This document shows, piece by piece, positions 1 to 9,067 of a stretch of DNA of 46,838 nt. The stretch spans positions 1 through 46,838 of IMG/VR virus record IMGVR_UViG_3300020045_011081; one strand, 5' to 3'. Origin of the DNA: a virus. Lineage: Duplodnaviria; Caudoviricetes. Within the stretch, counting starts at the first letter, position 1. Every line of letters begins with the position of its first letter. Below the pieces are notes generated by a model, which saw only the letters and a program-made list of their open reading frames with translations, was not told the origin of the DNA and did no database searches. The position numbers and the translations under genes are program-made.

Positions 1-156
1 TTGTTACTTTTTGGTAGCCTGCAATAAGCTCACCTTGCTTAGTGACAACAGCTTCCAGTTCTTCAATACGATTGCACATTCTCTCATACTCCTGAATGCC
101 ACCTTCAATTTGAGCTTGCGCTTTTTGTTCCATGTAGCTCATTATAAATGCTCCGC
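1..156 (-). repeat. Inverted copy of 3692-3847 (154/156 identical), probable chimeric contig end
   Basis: Reverse complement aligns to 3692-3847 with mismatches only at 21/3827 and 114/3734. Confidence 0.95.
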
Positions 157-436
157 TGGGAATTCTAGTTTCCAACTGGAAAACCCTTATTGATGGGTGT
201 TCTCATCCTCATTCTACCCGTACTGATAGACATTCTCAATCGCTCGGTTGAGAGTGATAACCGATATCAATGGCCGGGAGGGGGATGGAAGCGGGAAGCC
301 GGCGGACGTTATACGCATACCATTTTTTTCTATATCACTCCCTTTATCATCTATTATATCTTTACGCTCCAGATTCTCACCAACTTTCTACCAACCAGCT
401 TATCAATATCTAACGTATATTCGCCGATGAGGCGCA

Positions 437-466
437 TGTACTATTGACTGTGTGGAGTGATATAAT
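437..466 (+). promoter_or_regulatory. Sigma70-like promoter with extended -10
   Basis: TGATATAAT at 458-466; AAGGAG RBS before ATG 491. Confidence 0.6.
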
Positions 467-490
467 ATAGATATCTTAAGGAGCGACACG

Positions 491-790
491 ATGTGGGCAT
501 TAGATAACGCACTAACTTTTATTCGTAGTAACCAGCCAGCTGCAATGGATGCAGGTTATTATTTAGCACTAGCCGGTGGTGTTCTAAACAAAGGCTTTAG
601 TACTAATGATTTAGACGTCGTTGCTGTTCCACGTCAGCAACAACACTCTAGAAAAGAACTGCTTAGCCTTTTCCCAGGCGTACAGCCAAGTGGCAGAGTG
701 TATGCAGCAACTGTATACGAAATTAAAGCAGACCAGGTTGATCTTATCATTATTGATAGCGAACCTTACGCCGGAGCAGAACAATGTTAA
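491..790 (+). CDS. Minimal nucleotidyltransferase-fold protein (Pol beta superfamily-like)
   Basis: hALAGGVL...NDLDVV (GG/DxD) motif plus later VDLII; strong RBS. Confidence 0.55.
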   Translation: MWALDNALTFIRSNQPAAMDAGYYLALAGGVLNKGFSTNDLDVVAVPRQQQHSRKELLSLFPGVQPSGRVYAATVYEIKADQVDLIIIDSEPYAGAEQC

Positions 791-1197
791 CATCAAATGC
801 TTTAGTTGAGCTTTACCATGAGCTTATGCACAATCGTAAGGGCTCAGGTCCAGACGGTGTTGTAATTCAGCAAGACTTTATTGACTACCAGAACCGTGTA
901 GTTAAGACAGTTCATCGTCTTGAAGTACGTCTGTTCTTAGCTAATAACCGTATTCAAGCATTAAGCCGTGCGCTTAACCAGTGTATGACTGGCGTATACA
1001 ATGACGGCCTTGGTATGGCACCATTTGATTGTGATCCTGAGCTAGAGCTTAAGTCAGCAGACGAAACTGGTAATTACTTAAACTTGATCCACTCTATGAG
1101 TAAAGAAATTCAAAAGCAGAAAGATCGTGCAAATGATAGCGAAGCCTTGGTTGAGCAACTTCGCAAAGAAATTGAGGAGCTTAACAATGAAGATTAA
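784..1197 (+). CDS. Hypothetical protein with coiled-coil C-terminus
   Basis: ORF tightly packed in operon; GGAG RBS. Confidence 0.7.
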   Translation: MLTSNALVELYHELMHNRKGSGPDGVVIQQDFIDYQNRVVKTVHRLEVRLFLANNRIQALSRALNQCMTGVYNDGLGMAPFDCDPELELKSADETGNYLNLIHSMSKEIQKQKDRANDSEALVEQLRKEIEELNNED

Positions 1198-1561
1198 AAG
1201 CAAACGTGAGTTAGAAGATAACCTACACAGTATTGGTGTTGCTATGCGAATCTTAACCCGGCTAGAGAGCGATGATATTGATGTACAGTCTCTTTACACT
1301 GCAGTAGCCCAGCTAACTCAAGCCAATAACTATGTCAACCAGCTTATTGGTGCTGTAACTGCCAACCGTAATGTTATTGAGCCTAGTGTGGAATCTCCGC
1401 TTGATGTTCCACATGAGAAGATGCGTGATCAGCGAGCCAAACAGCTGAAAGACATTGCTATTATTGTCAGGGACGCTATGACTGCACAAGAAAAGCTTGA
1501 GCTTAGCATTGCAGAAGAAGTAGCTAAAGGCGTCACTGGTTTTGGAGCAAAAAATGGTTAA
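1187..1561 (+). CDS. Hypothetical protein
   Basis: GAGGAG RBS before ATG 1187. Confidence 0.7.
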   Translation: MKIKSKRELEDNLHSIGVAMRILTRLESDDIDVQSLYTAVAQLTQANNYVNQLIGAVTANRNVIEPSVESPLDVPHEKMRDQRAKQLKDIAIIVRDAMTAQEKLELSIAEEVAKGVTGFGAKNG

Positions 1562-1835
1562 GCTATTCAAAAAGTTGCTTGCTAAGCTTATGCCTATGCG
1601 AGACAATACCATTTACACGGCACGTATCTTTATTATATTTCAGCAGATGCCTTATTACTCATCGGCTATGTTGACTAAGCAGTTTAATGCTAGACAACTT
1701 AAAGCAGTAAGTCATGCAATAAAGAGTAATGAGATATCTACTCTTAAAGAATACCCTGGTAACTATATAACTAAGCATATGAAAATAACTGGTAATGAGT
1801 GTACCATTCTGTTAGAACGTATACATACTGTTTAA
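1554..1835 (+). CDS. Hypothetical protein
   Basis: GGAG RBS before ATG 1554; overlaps upstream stop. Confidence 0.6.
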   Translation: MVKLFKKLLAKLMPMRDNTIYTARIFIIFQQMPYYSSAMLTKQFNARQLKAVSHAIKSNEISTLKEYPGNYITKHMKITGNECTILLERIHTV

Positions 1836-1874
1836 TAAGTGTTATAATATCTTTACTTAATTAGGAAAGCTATC

Positions 1875-2215
1875 ATGACTCTTACATACCAATATGATAA
1901 ATACCGTGGCAAATGTAAAGAATACTGCGATGCTGCAGTAGCTGCTGACTCCACACTAACTCTTGTGCGCGGTCACTACTGGTGCCCGGTCTGGGTACTG
2001 TTGAGCAGCACTGGTGGACTACTCGTCAAGACGGTTCTATCTTTGATCCTACTGCTGAGCAGTTCCCTTCACTCGGTCATGGTGAGTATACTCCATTTGA
2101 TGGAACCGTAACTTGTAGTGAGTGTGGAAAAGAAGGTAAAGAAGAAGATTACCACCCAATGGGCAACTATATCTGCTGCTCAAACGCATGTTGCATGCGC
2201 CTTGTAGGATTATAA
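1875..2215 (+). pseudogene. Cys-rich hypothetical protein split by a 1-nt frameshift near 1993
   Basis: One extra G joins ...GHYWCPVW to GTVEQHWW...CSECG...CCSNAC. Confidence 0.7.
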
Positions 2216-2217
2216 TC

Positions 2218-3297
2218 ATGATTACTTATGAACTACCTCTTGCTAAATCTTATGTAAGCCACTGGTCTACTCCTGAAGCCATCCGTGAGCTTCTTCAAAA
2301 TGCTATTGACTCTGACTCACCTTTTGAGTTCGAGTTTATTGAATACTTTTCTGGCATGTTTCAGCTTCGCATTCACTCGCGGTTTACCACACTTCAGCCG
2401 TCTAGCCTAGTGTTAGGTGTTACCTCTAAAGCCGGTAACAATGATAAGATCGGTAGCTTTGGTGAAGGCTACAAAATTGCGCTGTTAGTACTTACCCGCG
2501 AAAATAAAAGTGTGACCATCTACAACGGTGAAGATACTTGGCTACCAGTATTACGTGAAAGCCAACAGTTTAAAACTGAAGTACTGCATATCTGCTCAGA
2601 CAAAGCTATATCACCAAATGAAGGTTTAACCTTCGAAATTAACGGGCTAAACCACCCTGAAGTAAATACGATTAAGGCATCTTGCTTACAAATGCAAGAT
2701 GATATCGGTAAAGTGCATAACGTGCCACAAGGGCAGATTCTACTTGACAAGCCTGGTATGCTGTATGTTGGTGGCTTATTTGTATGTGATACTAAGCTAA
2801 GCTACGGCTATAATGTCAGCCCAGGCCACTTACAACTTGAACGTGACCGCCAAACGGTAGCTGGTTTTGATTTGCAGTGGCTTGCCAAGGAAATGTGGTT
2901 TCAAACTGAAAAGTGGGACAGTGTAGCAGAGTTAATCTCTCAAGGTACTCCTGACCTTGAGTATGCAAACTATGGTACGCCTGAGTTGATTAAAGAAGCT
3001 TGCTACGCAAGGTTTCAGGCTGAATATCCTGATGGTGTTGTTTGTAAAAACCAAGCTGACTTAGAAGGGCTATTAAAGCGTGGCTTTACTAAAACAGTAT
3101 TTGTTGAAAAATCAACATACGCTAACATTATTACTTCTTCAAATAGCTATGTACGAACAGCACCAGTTATTGAAGAAATTAAACCGCAAGACTTACTACA
3201 TACTTGGTTAAAAGCTAACCGTAGCAATATGCGTAAAGATGCTATTGTATCGTTTAAGCAACTCTTTTCGACTGCCGTTAGTTGGAAGCTGAAATGA
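2218..3297 (+). CDS. GHKL (HATPase/Hsp90-like, rIIA-like) ATPase domain protein
   Basis: IRELLQNAIDS N-box; LGVTSK and IGSFGEGYK G-boxes. Confidence 0.8.
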   Translation: MITYELPLAKSYVSHWSTPEAIRELLQNAIDSDSPFEFEFIEYFSGMFQLRIHSRFTTLQPSSLVLGVTSKAGNNDKIGSFGEGYKIALLVLTRENKSVTIYNGEDTWLPVLRESQQFKTEVLHICSDKAISPNEGLTFEINGLNHPEVNTIKASCLQMQDDIGKVHNVPQGQILLDKPGMLYVGGLFVCDTKLSYGYNVSPGHLQLERDRQTVAGFDLQWLAKEMWFQTEKWDSVAELISQGTPDLEYANYGTPELIKEACYARFQAEYPDGVVCKNQADLEGLLKRGFTKTVFVEKSTYANIITSSNSYVRTAPVIEEIKPQDLLHTWLKANRSNMRKDAIVSFKQLFSTAVSWKLK

Positions 3298-3458
3298 TAC
3301 CTAAGCTGGTTAAAGCAACTCACCCAGAACGGCCACCTTGGGCTAATTGGAAAGCAACTAACCCTGATGGCTCGGTGTGGTATTTTGAAGTTAAACCAAG
3401 GTTGGTTGTAAATCGGTATGTTACTTACAACCAAGGTAAAAAAGAGCGACTCAAATGA
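3294..3458 (+). CDS. Small hypothetical protein, 54 aa (MIPKLVKATHPERPPWANWKATNPDGSVWYF...)
   Basis: Manually translated; ATGA overlaps with both neighbours. Confidence 0.65.
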   Translation: MIPKLVKATHPERPPWANWKATNPDGSVWYFEVKPRLVVNRYVTYNQGKKERLK

Positions 3459-3706
3459 AGTATATTCTTTTTGAAAAGCATAAGGCTAAAACAGGTAACA
3501 AGCCACTTATGGTTGTGTTCACTGAGTCAGTAGACCATGATAAAATGGCTGAATCTATTGAACGCTTACGGTAAGGTAGCGATCACAACTGGACTTTGCC
3601 ACACTACCGTCCAGTATCAGCTGGCTTTACTGATGGTAAGAAATGTTATGGGCGGAGTGAAACGCTAAACCTTAACTCACACCCTTCTGACGCGGAGCAT
3701 TTATAA
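3455..3706 (+). pseudogene. Hypothetical protein interrupted by an in-frame TAA at 3572-3574
   Basis: MKYILFEK...ERLR*GSDHNW...PVSAGF...CYGRSETLNL in one frame; coupled to both neighbours. Confidence 0.65.
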
Positions 3707-3957
3707 TGAGCTACATGGAACAAAAAGCGCAAGATCAAATTGAAGGTGGCATTCAGGAGTATGAGAGAATGTGCAATCGTATTGAAGAACTGGAAGCTGT
3801 TGTCACTAAGCAAGGTGAGCTTATTGAAGGCTACCAAAAAGTAACAATGGAGCTTGTCAACACATACGCTCCATGTGATTTAGTTAATCGTATTACTGAT
3901 CTTCAAGTCTTTTTAAAAGCAAACGACCAGGCTAACTATAAGGTGTATAAAGTATGA
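3706..3957 (+). CDS. Hypothetical protein
   Basis: GGAG RBS; TAATG coupling. Confidence 0.7.
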   Translation: MSYMEQKAQDQIEGGIQEYERMCNRIEELEAVVTKQGELIEGYQKVTMELVNTYAPCDLVNRITDLQVFLKANDQANYKVYKV

Positions 3958-4325
3958 GCTTTGACCAACAACTAAAAAGGCTACATGAAGCTACAAAAGG
4001 CCAACGTGGTGTAGATACTAAGACTTGCATGGTATCTGTAGACGACCTATCTGAGCTTATTAAACAATTTTATCGTACTAATGACTTAGCTCGGGTGCAA
4101 TATAAGATTATTATTGATAAGGTAACTACTAAAGCATTATTTGGCACTACGTTTGTTAAGTTATGCGATCGTATGCACAAGCAGTTTCGCTACCGTGGCT
4201 ATGTTACTAACAGTCAAGCTGACGACTATGTTAGCGATGTAATGATTATACTTGGGTTAGAACAACCCAAAGATGACGACGATCTTGAAGAAGGTGACGA
4301 AGGGTATGAACAGCAAAGTAATTAA
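3954..4325 (+). CDS. Hypothetical protein with acidic C-terminus
   Basis: ORF coupled to upstream gene; DDDDLEEGDEG tail. Confidence 0.7.
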   Translation: MSFDQQLKRLHEATKGQRGVDTKTCMVSVDDLSELIKQFYRTNDLARVQYKIIIDKVTTKALFGTTFVKLCDRMHKQFRYRGYVTNSQADDYVSDVMIILGLEQPKDDDDLEEGDEGYEQQSN

Positions 4326-4584
4326 CCTTGGTGACTACAGGCCACATATGGAAGGTCCAGCCTTCTGTGTGGTCTGTAAACATAAATGGACTTCTCTCCG
4401 ACCTACTGGTACAGTAGAGTTGGAATGTCCTATATGTGAGCGTATGACAGGAGTTGCTTATGGGTTAATAGACTATGACGAGCCTACTCGGTGGACTTGC
4501 CATTGTGGTAATGACTTATTCAGAGTCACTCCTGACCGAACTTACTGCCCTTGCTGTGGAAAAACACAAAAAGACTTTAAGTAA
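4306..4584 (+). CDS. Zinc-ribbon protein
   Basis: CVVC, CPIC, CHCG and CPCC motifs. Confidence 0.7.
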   Translation: MNSKVINLGDYRPHMEGPAFCVVCKHKWTSLRPTGTVELECPICERMTGVAYGLIDYDEPTRWTCHCGNDLFRVTPDRTYCPCCGKTQKDFK

Positions 4585-4620
4585 GCGTGATATAATGTAC
4601 TTACTTAATAAGGAAACAAC

Positions 4621-5556
4621 ATGAGCCTATTTGATGAAGTAAAGTGTATTGGTGATATCTTTCCTGAGCTGAAAGACTTACCTGAGGTAGTACAGCTTTG
4701 TAAACACTTTAAGGATATTAAAGACTATACAAAAATCAAATTCCCAGTTGCCAATGAAGTTAAAGTTGATGGTGTTTATTGCTTTGTAACTGTACTACAC
4801 GACGGCCGAACCTACGCGTTTGGTCGTTCTGGTTTATTATTTACTAACCTCGGTTTTGTAGCACAACGTTTTTCCAACTGCTGCGCTGGCGTGTATATTA
4901 ATGAAATCGCCAATGATTTGTTTACGCTTGAGCAGCTATCAGGTGTAACATCACCGGCCCGTGTAAACCCTCTTGAGCCTAATGTTGCTGCTGACCACTT
5001 AGCCTACACGCATGCAAACCTTCATGACTACTTAACAATTGAAGAGTTTGTAGCTGGTAGCTCTAACTGTCCTTACAGTGAACGTCGTGCGTACCTTACG
5101 GAAATTAATAAATCCGGTGAGCCTGAAGTTAAAATGGAGCTAATCCACACTCTTGAAGAGTTTGAGGCAGCGTCTGACGAAATGATTGCGCATGGTGAAG
5201 AAGGTAGCTGTGGTAAGCCACTTAGCGGTACTTGGAAGCGTGGCCGACGCGATCATAACTGCTTTAAAAAGGTCAGAGAGATTAAGCTTGACCTTGAGTG
5301 CATCCGTGTGGAAGACGGTAAAGGTAAGCGAGCAGGCATTGTTGCTAATATGTTCTTCCGTTGGAAAAATGGCACTGAGCTTAAAGCCGACCTAGGTAAA
5401 GGTTACTCTGATTTAGACCGCTTAGCCATGTACCAAAATCCACCAATCGGTAAAATCTTTTTAGTAACTGCTATGCAAGAGTCATCTGTAAACGGTGTAC
5501 TACGAAAGGCTAAAGTTGGTATGATTCGTGAAGACAAGACGGTAGCAGACTTTTAG
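4621..5556 (+). CDS. ATP-dependent DNA ligase
   Basis: KVDG adenylation motif, EEG...K motif, C-terminal OB domain ending IREDK. Confidence 0.9.
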   Translation: MSLFDEVKCIGDIFPELKDLPEVVQLCKHFKDIKDYTKIKFPVANEVKVDGVYCFVTVLHDGRTYAFGRSGLLFTNLGFVAQRFSNCCAGVYINEIANDLFTLEQLSGVTSPARVNPLEPNVAADHLAYTHANLHDYLTIEEFVAGSSNCPYSERRAYLTEINKSGEPEVKMELIHTLEEFEAASDEMIAHGEEGSCGKPLSGTWKRGRRDHNCFKKVREIKLDLECIRVEDGKGKRAGIVANMFFRWKNGTELKADLGKGYSDLDRLAMYQNPPIGKIFLVTAMQESSVNGVLRKAKVGMIREDKTVADF

Positions 5557-5559
5557 CCA

Positions 5560-5588
5560 TTTACAACATCGGTAGACTAGCGCATAAT
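5560..5588 (+). promoter_or_regulatory. Putative promoter for terS
   Basis: TTTACA-N17-CATAAT. Confidence 0.55.
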
Positions 5589-5622
5589 CCCACTAAGATC
5601 ATTTATCCTAGTGGGATTTTTT
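5586..5622 (+). terminator. Intrinsic terminator after the ligase
   Basis: AATCCCACTA/TAGTGGGATT stem plus T-tract. Confidence 0.7.
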
Positions 5623-5623
5623 C

Positions 5624-5956
5624 ATGGCAGAACCTATCAAAAAAAGCCTCGACGATCGTATCGACGCGGTATCGGCTGTATTTAAAGCAGCTGGTTATAA
5701 TCCATTCGAGTCTGCTGTAAACCAAGCTATCCGTCTACAAACTCGTAACAAAGAACTGATGCTTGATGGTAAAATTGACGTAGACTGTGAAAAGCTTGAA
5801 ATGTCAGTAAACTCCGACCTTTGCAAGTATGTATCGCCACAGCTTAAGTCTGTTGAAATGTCAGGCCAAGTTGATGCTAACTTGACTGGTAATACAGTAA
5901 CTGTTAACCTTGCTATCGGTAACGATCAAGCAGTTAAAGCATTTACGGCGCTGTAA
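5624..5956 (+). CDS. terS: Terminase small subunit (putative)
   Basis: Directly upstream of and coupled to terL; KYVSPQLKSVE segment. Confidence 0.65.
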   Translation: MAEPIKKSLDDRIDAVSAVFKAAGYNPFESAVNQAIRLQTRNKELMLDGKIDVDCEKLEMSVNSDLCKYVSPQLKSVEMSGQVDANLTGNTVTVNLAIGNDQAVKAFTAL

Positions 5957-7416
5957 TGGAAATTAACTTGCCACCACTTACCGATAAGCAGGGCGAAGCC
6001 TTTAATGCTATCGGTACAGAGATATTATATGGCGGAGCAGCTGGAGGAGGTAAGTCTCACCTTATGCGAGTAATGGCAATTGTTATTGCCTTAATGATAC
6101 CTAATGTGCAGATTTATTTATTCCGTCGTAAGTATGCAGACTTATGGGCAAATCACGTAGATGGCCCATCTGGCTTTATGACAATGTTGTCTCCATTGAT
6201 TAAAGCAAAAAAGTGTAAGGTAAACGGCTCAGATAATGAAGTGGTATTTTGGAATGGTGCTAAAATTCACTTGTGCCATTGCCAACATGAAAAGGATCGC
6301 TATAACTACCAGGGCGCTGAGATTCATGTATTACTAATTGACGAGCTTACTCACTTTACTGATGTAATCTACCGTTTCTTACGTAATCGTGTACGACTTG
6401 GCGCATTGAAAGTACCTGAAGCTGCTAAACAGCTATTTGGTGGACGTTTCCCTTTAATCTTTTGCGGTTCTAACCCTGGCGGTGTAGGTCATGGATGGGT
6501 AAAGCGTACCTTTGTCGATTCAGCTCCACACGGTAAAGCACATAAGGTAGAAAAGAAAGAAGGAGGTATGCTACGCCAGTATATTCCTGCAAAGCTTTCA
6601 GACAACCCAATTATGGCTATTACCGATCCAGATTACGCGGATCGGTTATCTGGACTTGGCTCACCTGCGTTAGTTGAAGCTATGCTTAATGGTAGTTGGA
6701 ATATTGTTGCCGGCGGTGCGTTTGATGACTTATGGGACCCTAACTATATTATCTTACCTAGGTTTAAAATACCTGAAAGCTGGTATGTAGACCGCTCGTT
6801 TGACTGGGGTTCTACCCACCCATTTAGCGTAGGGTGGTGGGCAGAGGCAAATGGTGAAGAGATTACTTTACCTGATGGTGAAAAGCTTTGCTTACAAGCT
6901 GGTTCGCTAATACGAATTGCTGAATGGTACGGCTGTAAAGAAATTGGTACAAATGAAGGCCTAAGGCTATCAGCTAAAGCAATCGCGCGTGGTATTATTG
7001 AGCGTGAAGAACGTATGCTCGGTCAAGACTGGATTAAAGGCAAAGTGCATATTGGTCCTGCTGATAATCAGATTCGTAATAAGCTTGAATTTGAAACAGA
7101 TACAATTGAAAAGAAAATGTCTGATGAAGACGTTCATTGGTCTGAATCAGATAAACGAGCGGGTAGTCGTATTAATGGATTAGCTTTAGCTCGTGAACGG
7201 CTATCGGCAAGTATATCGAATGAAGGCCCTGGACTTTACTTCATGGATAACTGCTTAGCTACTATTGAGATTTTGCCTATTCTAAGCAGGGATGAAAAAA
7301 ACGTTGAGGACATTGACGGCGATCAAGAGGACCATGTATGGGACGAGATTCGCTATCGTGTACTTGCTTCAAGTAGCCGTATTGCCACACAAGTTAAGTT
7401 AAGGATGCCTTCATGA
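5956..7416 (+). CDS. terL: Terminase large subunit
   Basis: Walker A GGAAGGGKS, Walker B LLIDE, SNPGG, nuclease FDWG and EDHVWDEIRY. Confidence 0.97.
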   Translation: MEINLPPLTDKQGEAFNAIGTEILYGGAAGGGKSHLMRVMAIVIALMIPNVQIYLFRRKYADLWANHVDGPSGFMTMLSPLIKAKKCKVNGSDNEVVFWNGAKIHLCHCQHEKDRYNYQGAEIHVLLIDELTHFTDVIYRFLRNRVRLGALKVPEAAKQLFGGRFPLIFCGSNPGGVGHGWVKRTFVDSAPHGKAHKVEKKEGGMLRQYIPAKLSDNPIMAITDPDYADRLSGLGSPALVEAMLNGSWNIVAGGAFDDLWDPNYIILPRFKIPESWYVDRSFDWGSTHPFSVGWWAEANGEEITLPDGEKLCLQAGSLIRIAEWYGCKEIGTNEGLRLSAKAIARGIIEREERMLGQDWIKGKVHIGPADNQIRNKLEFETDTIEKKMSDEDVHWSESDKRAGSRINGLALARERLSASISNEGPGLYFMDNCLATIEILPILSRDEKNVEDIDGDQEDHVWDEIRYRVLASSSRIATQVKLRMPS

Positions 7417-8867
7417 GCAGCTCTATTCAAAATGTTTGCGCTGACGTCCGTAAACGTCTTTACGCCTGGACGCTAATCAGTGATTTTTTAGACGGTAGTG
7501 AGGCTGTTAAAAAAGCGGGTGAAAAATATCTACCGCGGCCTAACCCATCTGATGTTAGCAAAGAAAACAACACACGTTATGAAATGTACAAAATTCGTGC
7601 TATTGTATATAACGCCACTGGCCGCACACACCATTCTTTAGTAGGTCAAGTATTTGCTAAGCCAGTTAAGTATAACTTACCAACAAAGCTTAATTTATAC
7701 AAAGGCAATATCGACGGTGCGGGTGTTAGCCTTGAACAGCAAATTAAGCAAGCCGTAGGCTATGCTTTAGCTTATGGCCGTACAGGCCTACTTGCCAACT
7801 TTACTTCTACTAACGGCGCTACTACAGAACAGCTATCGTCTGGTAAAGCACGACCAGTAATTAAAGTTTACTCACCATTTGACATTATCAACTACCGTGT
7901 GGATGATAATGGTATGCCAGTGCTTATTGTGCTCAAAGAAACCTATCAAGAGCAAAAGACTGAGTTTGAAGTTGATACTAAACCTCAGTTCCGTGTATTA
8001 CGTAAGAAAGATGGGCTAGTGACATCGCAGATTTACCGCGTAGACACTTCTAACGAATATGCTGCGGCTGAGCTAGAGATTAGCTTAGCAGATGCTGGTG
8101 GTAAAATGCTTGATGAAATACCTTTTTGCTTTGTAGGTTCTGAAAATAATGACATTCTTACTGACTCACCACCATTGTATGACTTGGCTGAGTTAAACGC
8201 TGGCCATTATCGTAACTCAGCTGACTACGAAGAGTCATCTTATATTTGTGGCCAGCCAACACCATACGTAACTGGGCTTACACAACAATGGGTAGACGGC
8301 CCAATGAAAGGTGTCTTAGAGCTAGGCTCAAGGACAGTTATTCCTTTACCATCTGGTGCAACTGCTGGCTTGTTACAAGCTGATCCTAACACTTTGCCGA
8401 AAGAAGCAATGGAACACAAAGAACGGCAAATGTCAGCATTAGGTGCAAAGCTGGTAGAAAAGAAAACTGTTGAGCGCACGGCCACTGAAGTACAAGCTGA
8501 CGAAGCAGCATCTATTTCTATTCTTGGGTCAGTAACAAAAAACGTAGAGTCTGCTTACTGTAAAGTATTAGGTTACGCAGCAAGCTTTATTGGTGAAGTA
8601 GCACCTGATGATATTCTTCAGATGAGTACTGACTTTGATATTAGCCGCATGTCTGCTGGTGCACGTCAACAGCTTATGCTTGAGTGGCAAGGTGGTAGTA
8701 TTACGTTTAGTGAGTACCGTGATGCACTTCGCCAGGCTGGTATTGCAACATTAACAGATGAAGAAGCCTTAGCTGAAATGGTTAAAACTCCTGCCCCAGC
8801 AATTAAGATTGCAGAAGATGCCAATAAAGCAAAAGCCGATCGGCAAACTGTAGATGGTACCGTTTAA
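7413..8867 (+). CDS. Portal protein (DUF4055-like)
   Basis: Follows terL; YLPRP, HYRNSADYEE and RTATE motifs. Confidence 0.92.
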   Translation: MSSSIQNVCADVRKRLYAWTLISDFLDGSEAVKKAGEKYLPRPNPSDVSKENNTRYEMYKIRAIVYNATGRTHHSLVGQVFAKPVKYNLPTKLNLYKGNIDGAGVSLEQQIKQAVGYALAYGRTGLLANFTSTNGATTEQLSSGKARPVIKVYSPFDIINYRVDDNGMPVLIVLKETYQEQKTEFEVDTKPQFRVLRKKDGLVTSQIYRVDTSNEYAAAELEISLADAGGKMLDEIPFCFVGSENNDILTDSPPLYDLAELNAGHYRNSADYEESSYICGQPTPYVTGLTQQWVDGPMKGVLELGSRTVIPLPSGATAGLLQADPNTLPKEAMEHKERQMSALGAKLVEKKTVERTATEVQADEAASISILGSVTKNVESAYCKVLGYAASFIGEVAPDDILQMSTDFDISRMSAGARQQLMLEWQGGSITFSEYRDALRQAGIATLTDEEALAEMVKTPAPAIKIAEDANKAKADRQTVDGTV

Positions 8868-8887
8868 CTTTTAAAGGTTATGGCATA

Positions 8888-8924
8888 AAATAGGGTGGTA
8901 GTTAATTCTACCGCTCTATTTTTT
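8888..8924 (+). terminator. Intrinsic terminator after the portal gene
   Basis: AAATAGGGTGGTAG/CTACCGCTCTATTT stem plus T-tract. Confidence 0.7.
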
Positions 8925-9067
8925 ACCTATATTATAGATATTGTGATATAGGCGGTGCAGTGAAAACTGCTTTTGCTTCGTTAGAAGCTAACATCAGGAA
9001 CTAAATTATGCTACCTGATCTTCTACATAAGGCTTTGCCTGGCACAGCCTCAGGGAGAAAGACTACC

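Noticed and set aside
1-156. DGR template/variable repeat pair, since both mismatches fall at adenines of the 3692-3847 copy
   Set aside because: No reverse transcriptase in the window; only two mismatches; the repeat includes the RBS and gene start; it sits at the contig edge, so a chimera with read errors is simpler
190-447. ORFs 190-447, 248-430 and 46391-46573 as genes
   Set aside because: No RBS, atypical composition, and located in regulatory or terminal regions
3572-3574. Stop-codon reassignment
   Set aside because: TAA, TAG and TGA all terminate conserved genes normally, and no suppressor tRNA is present
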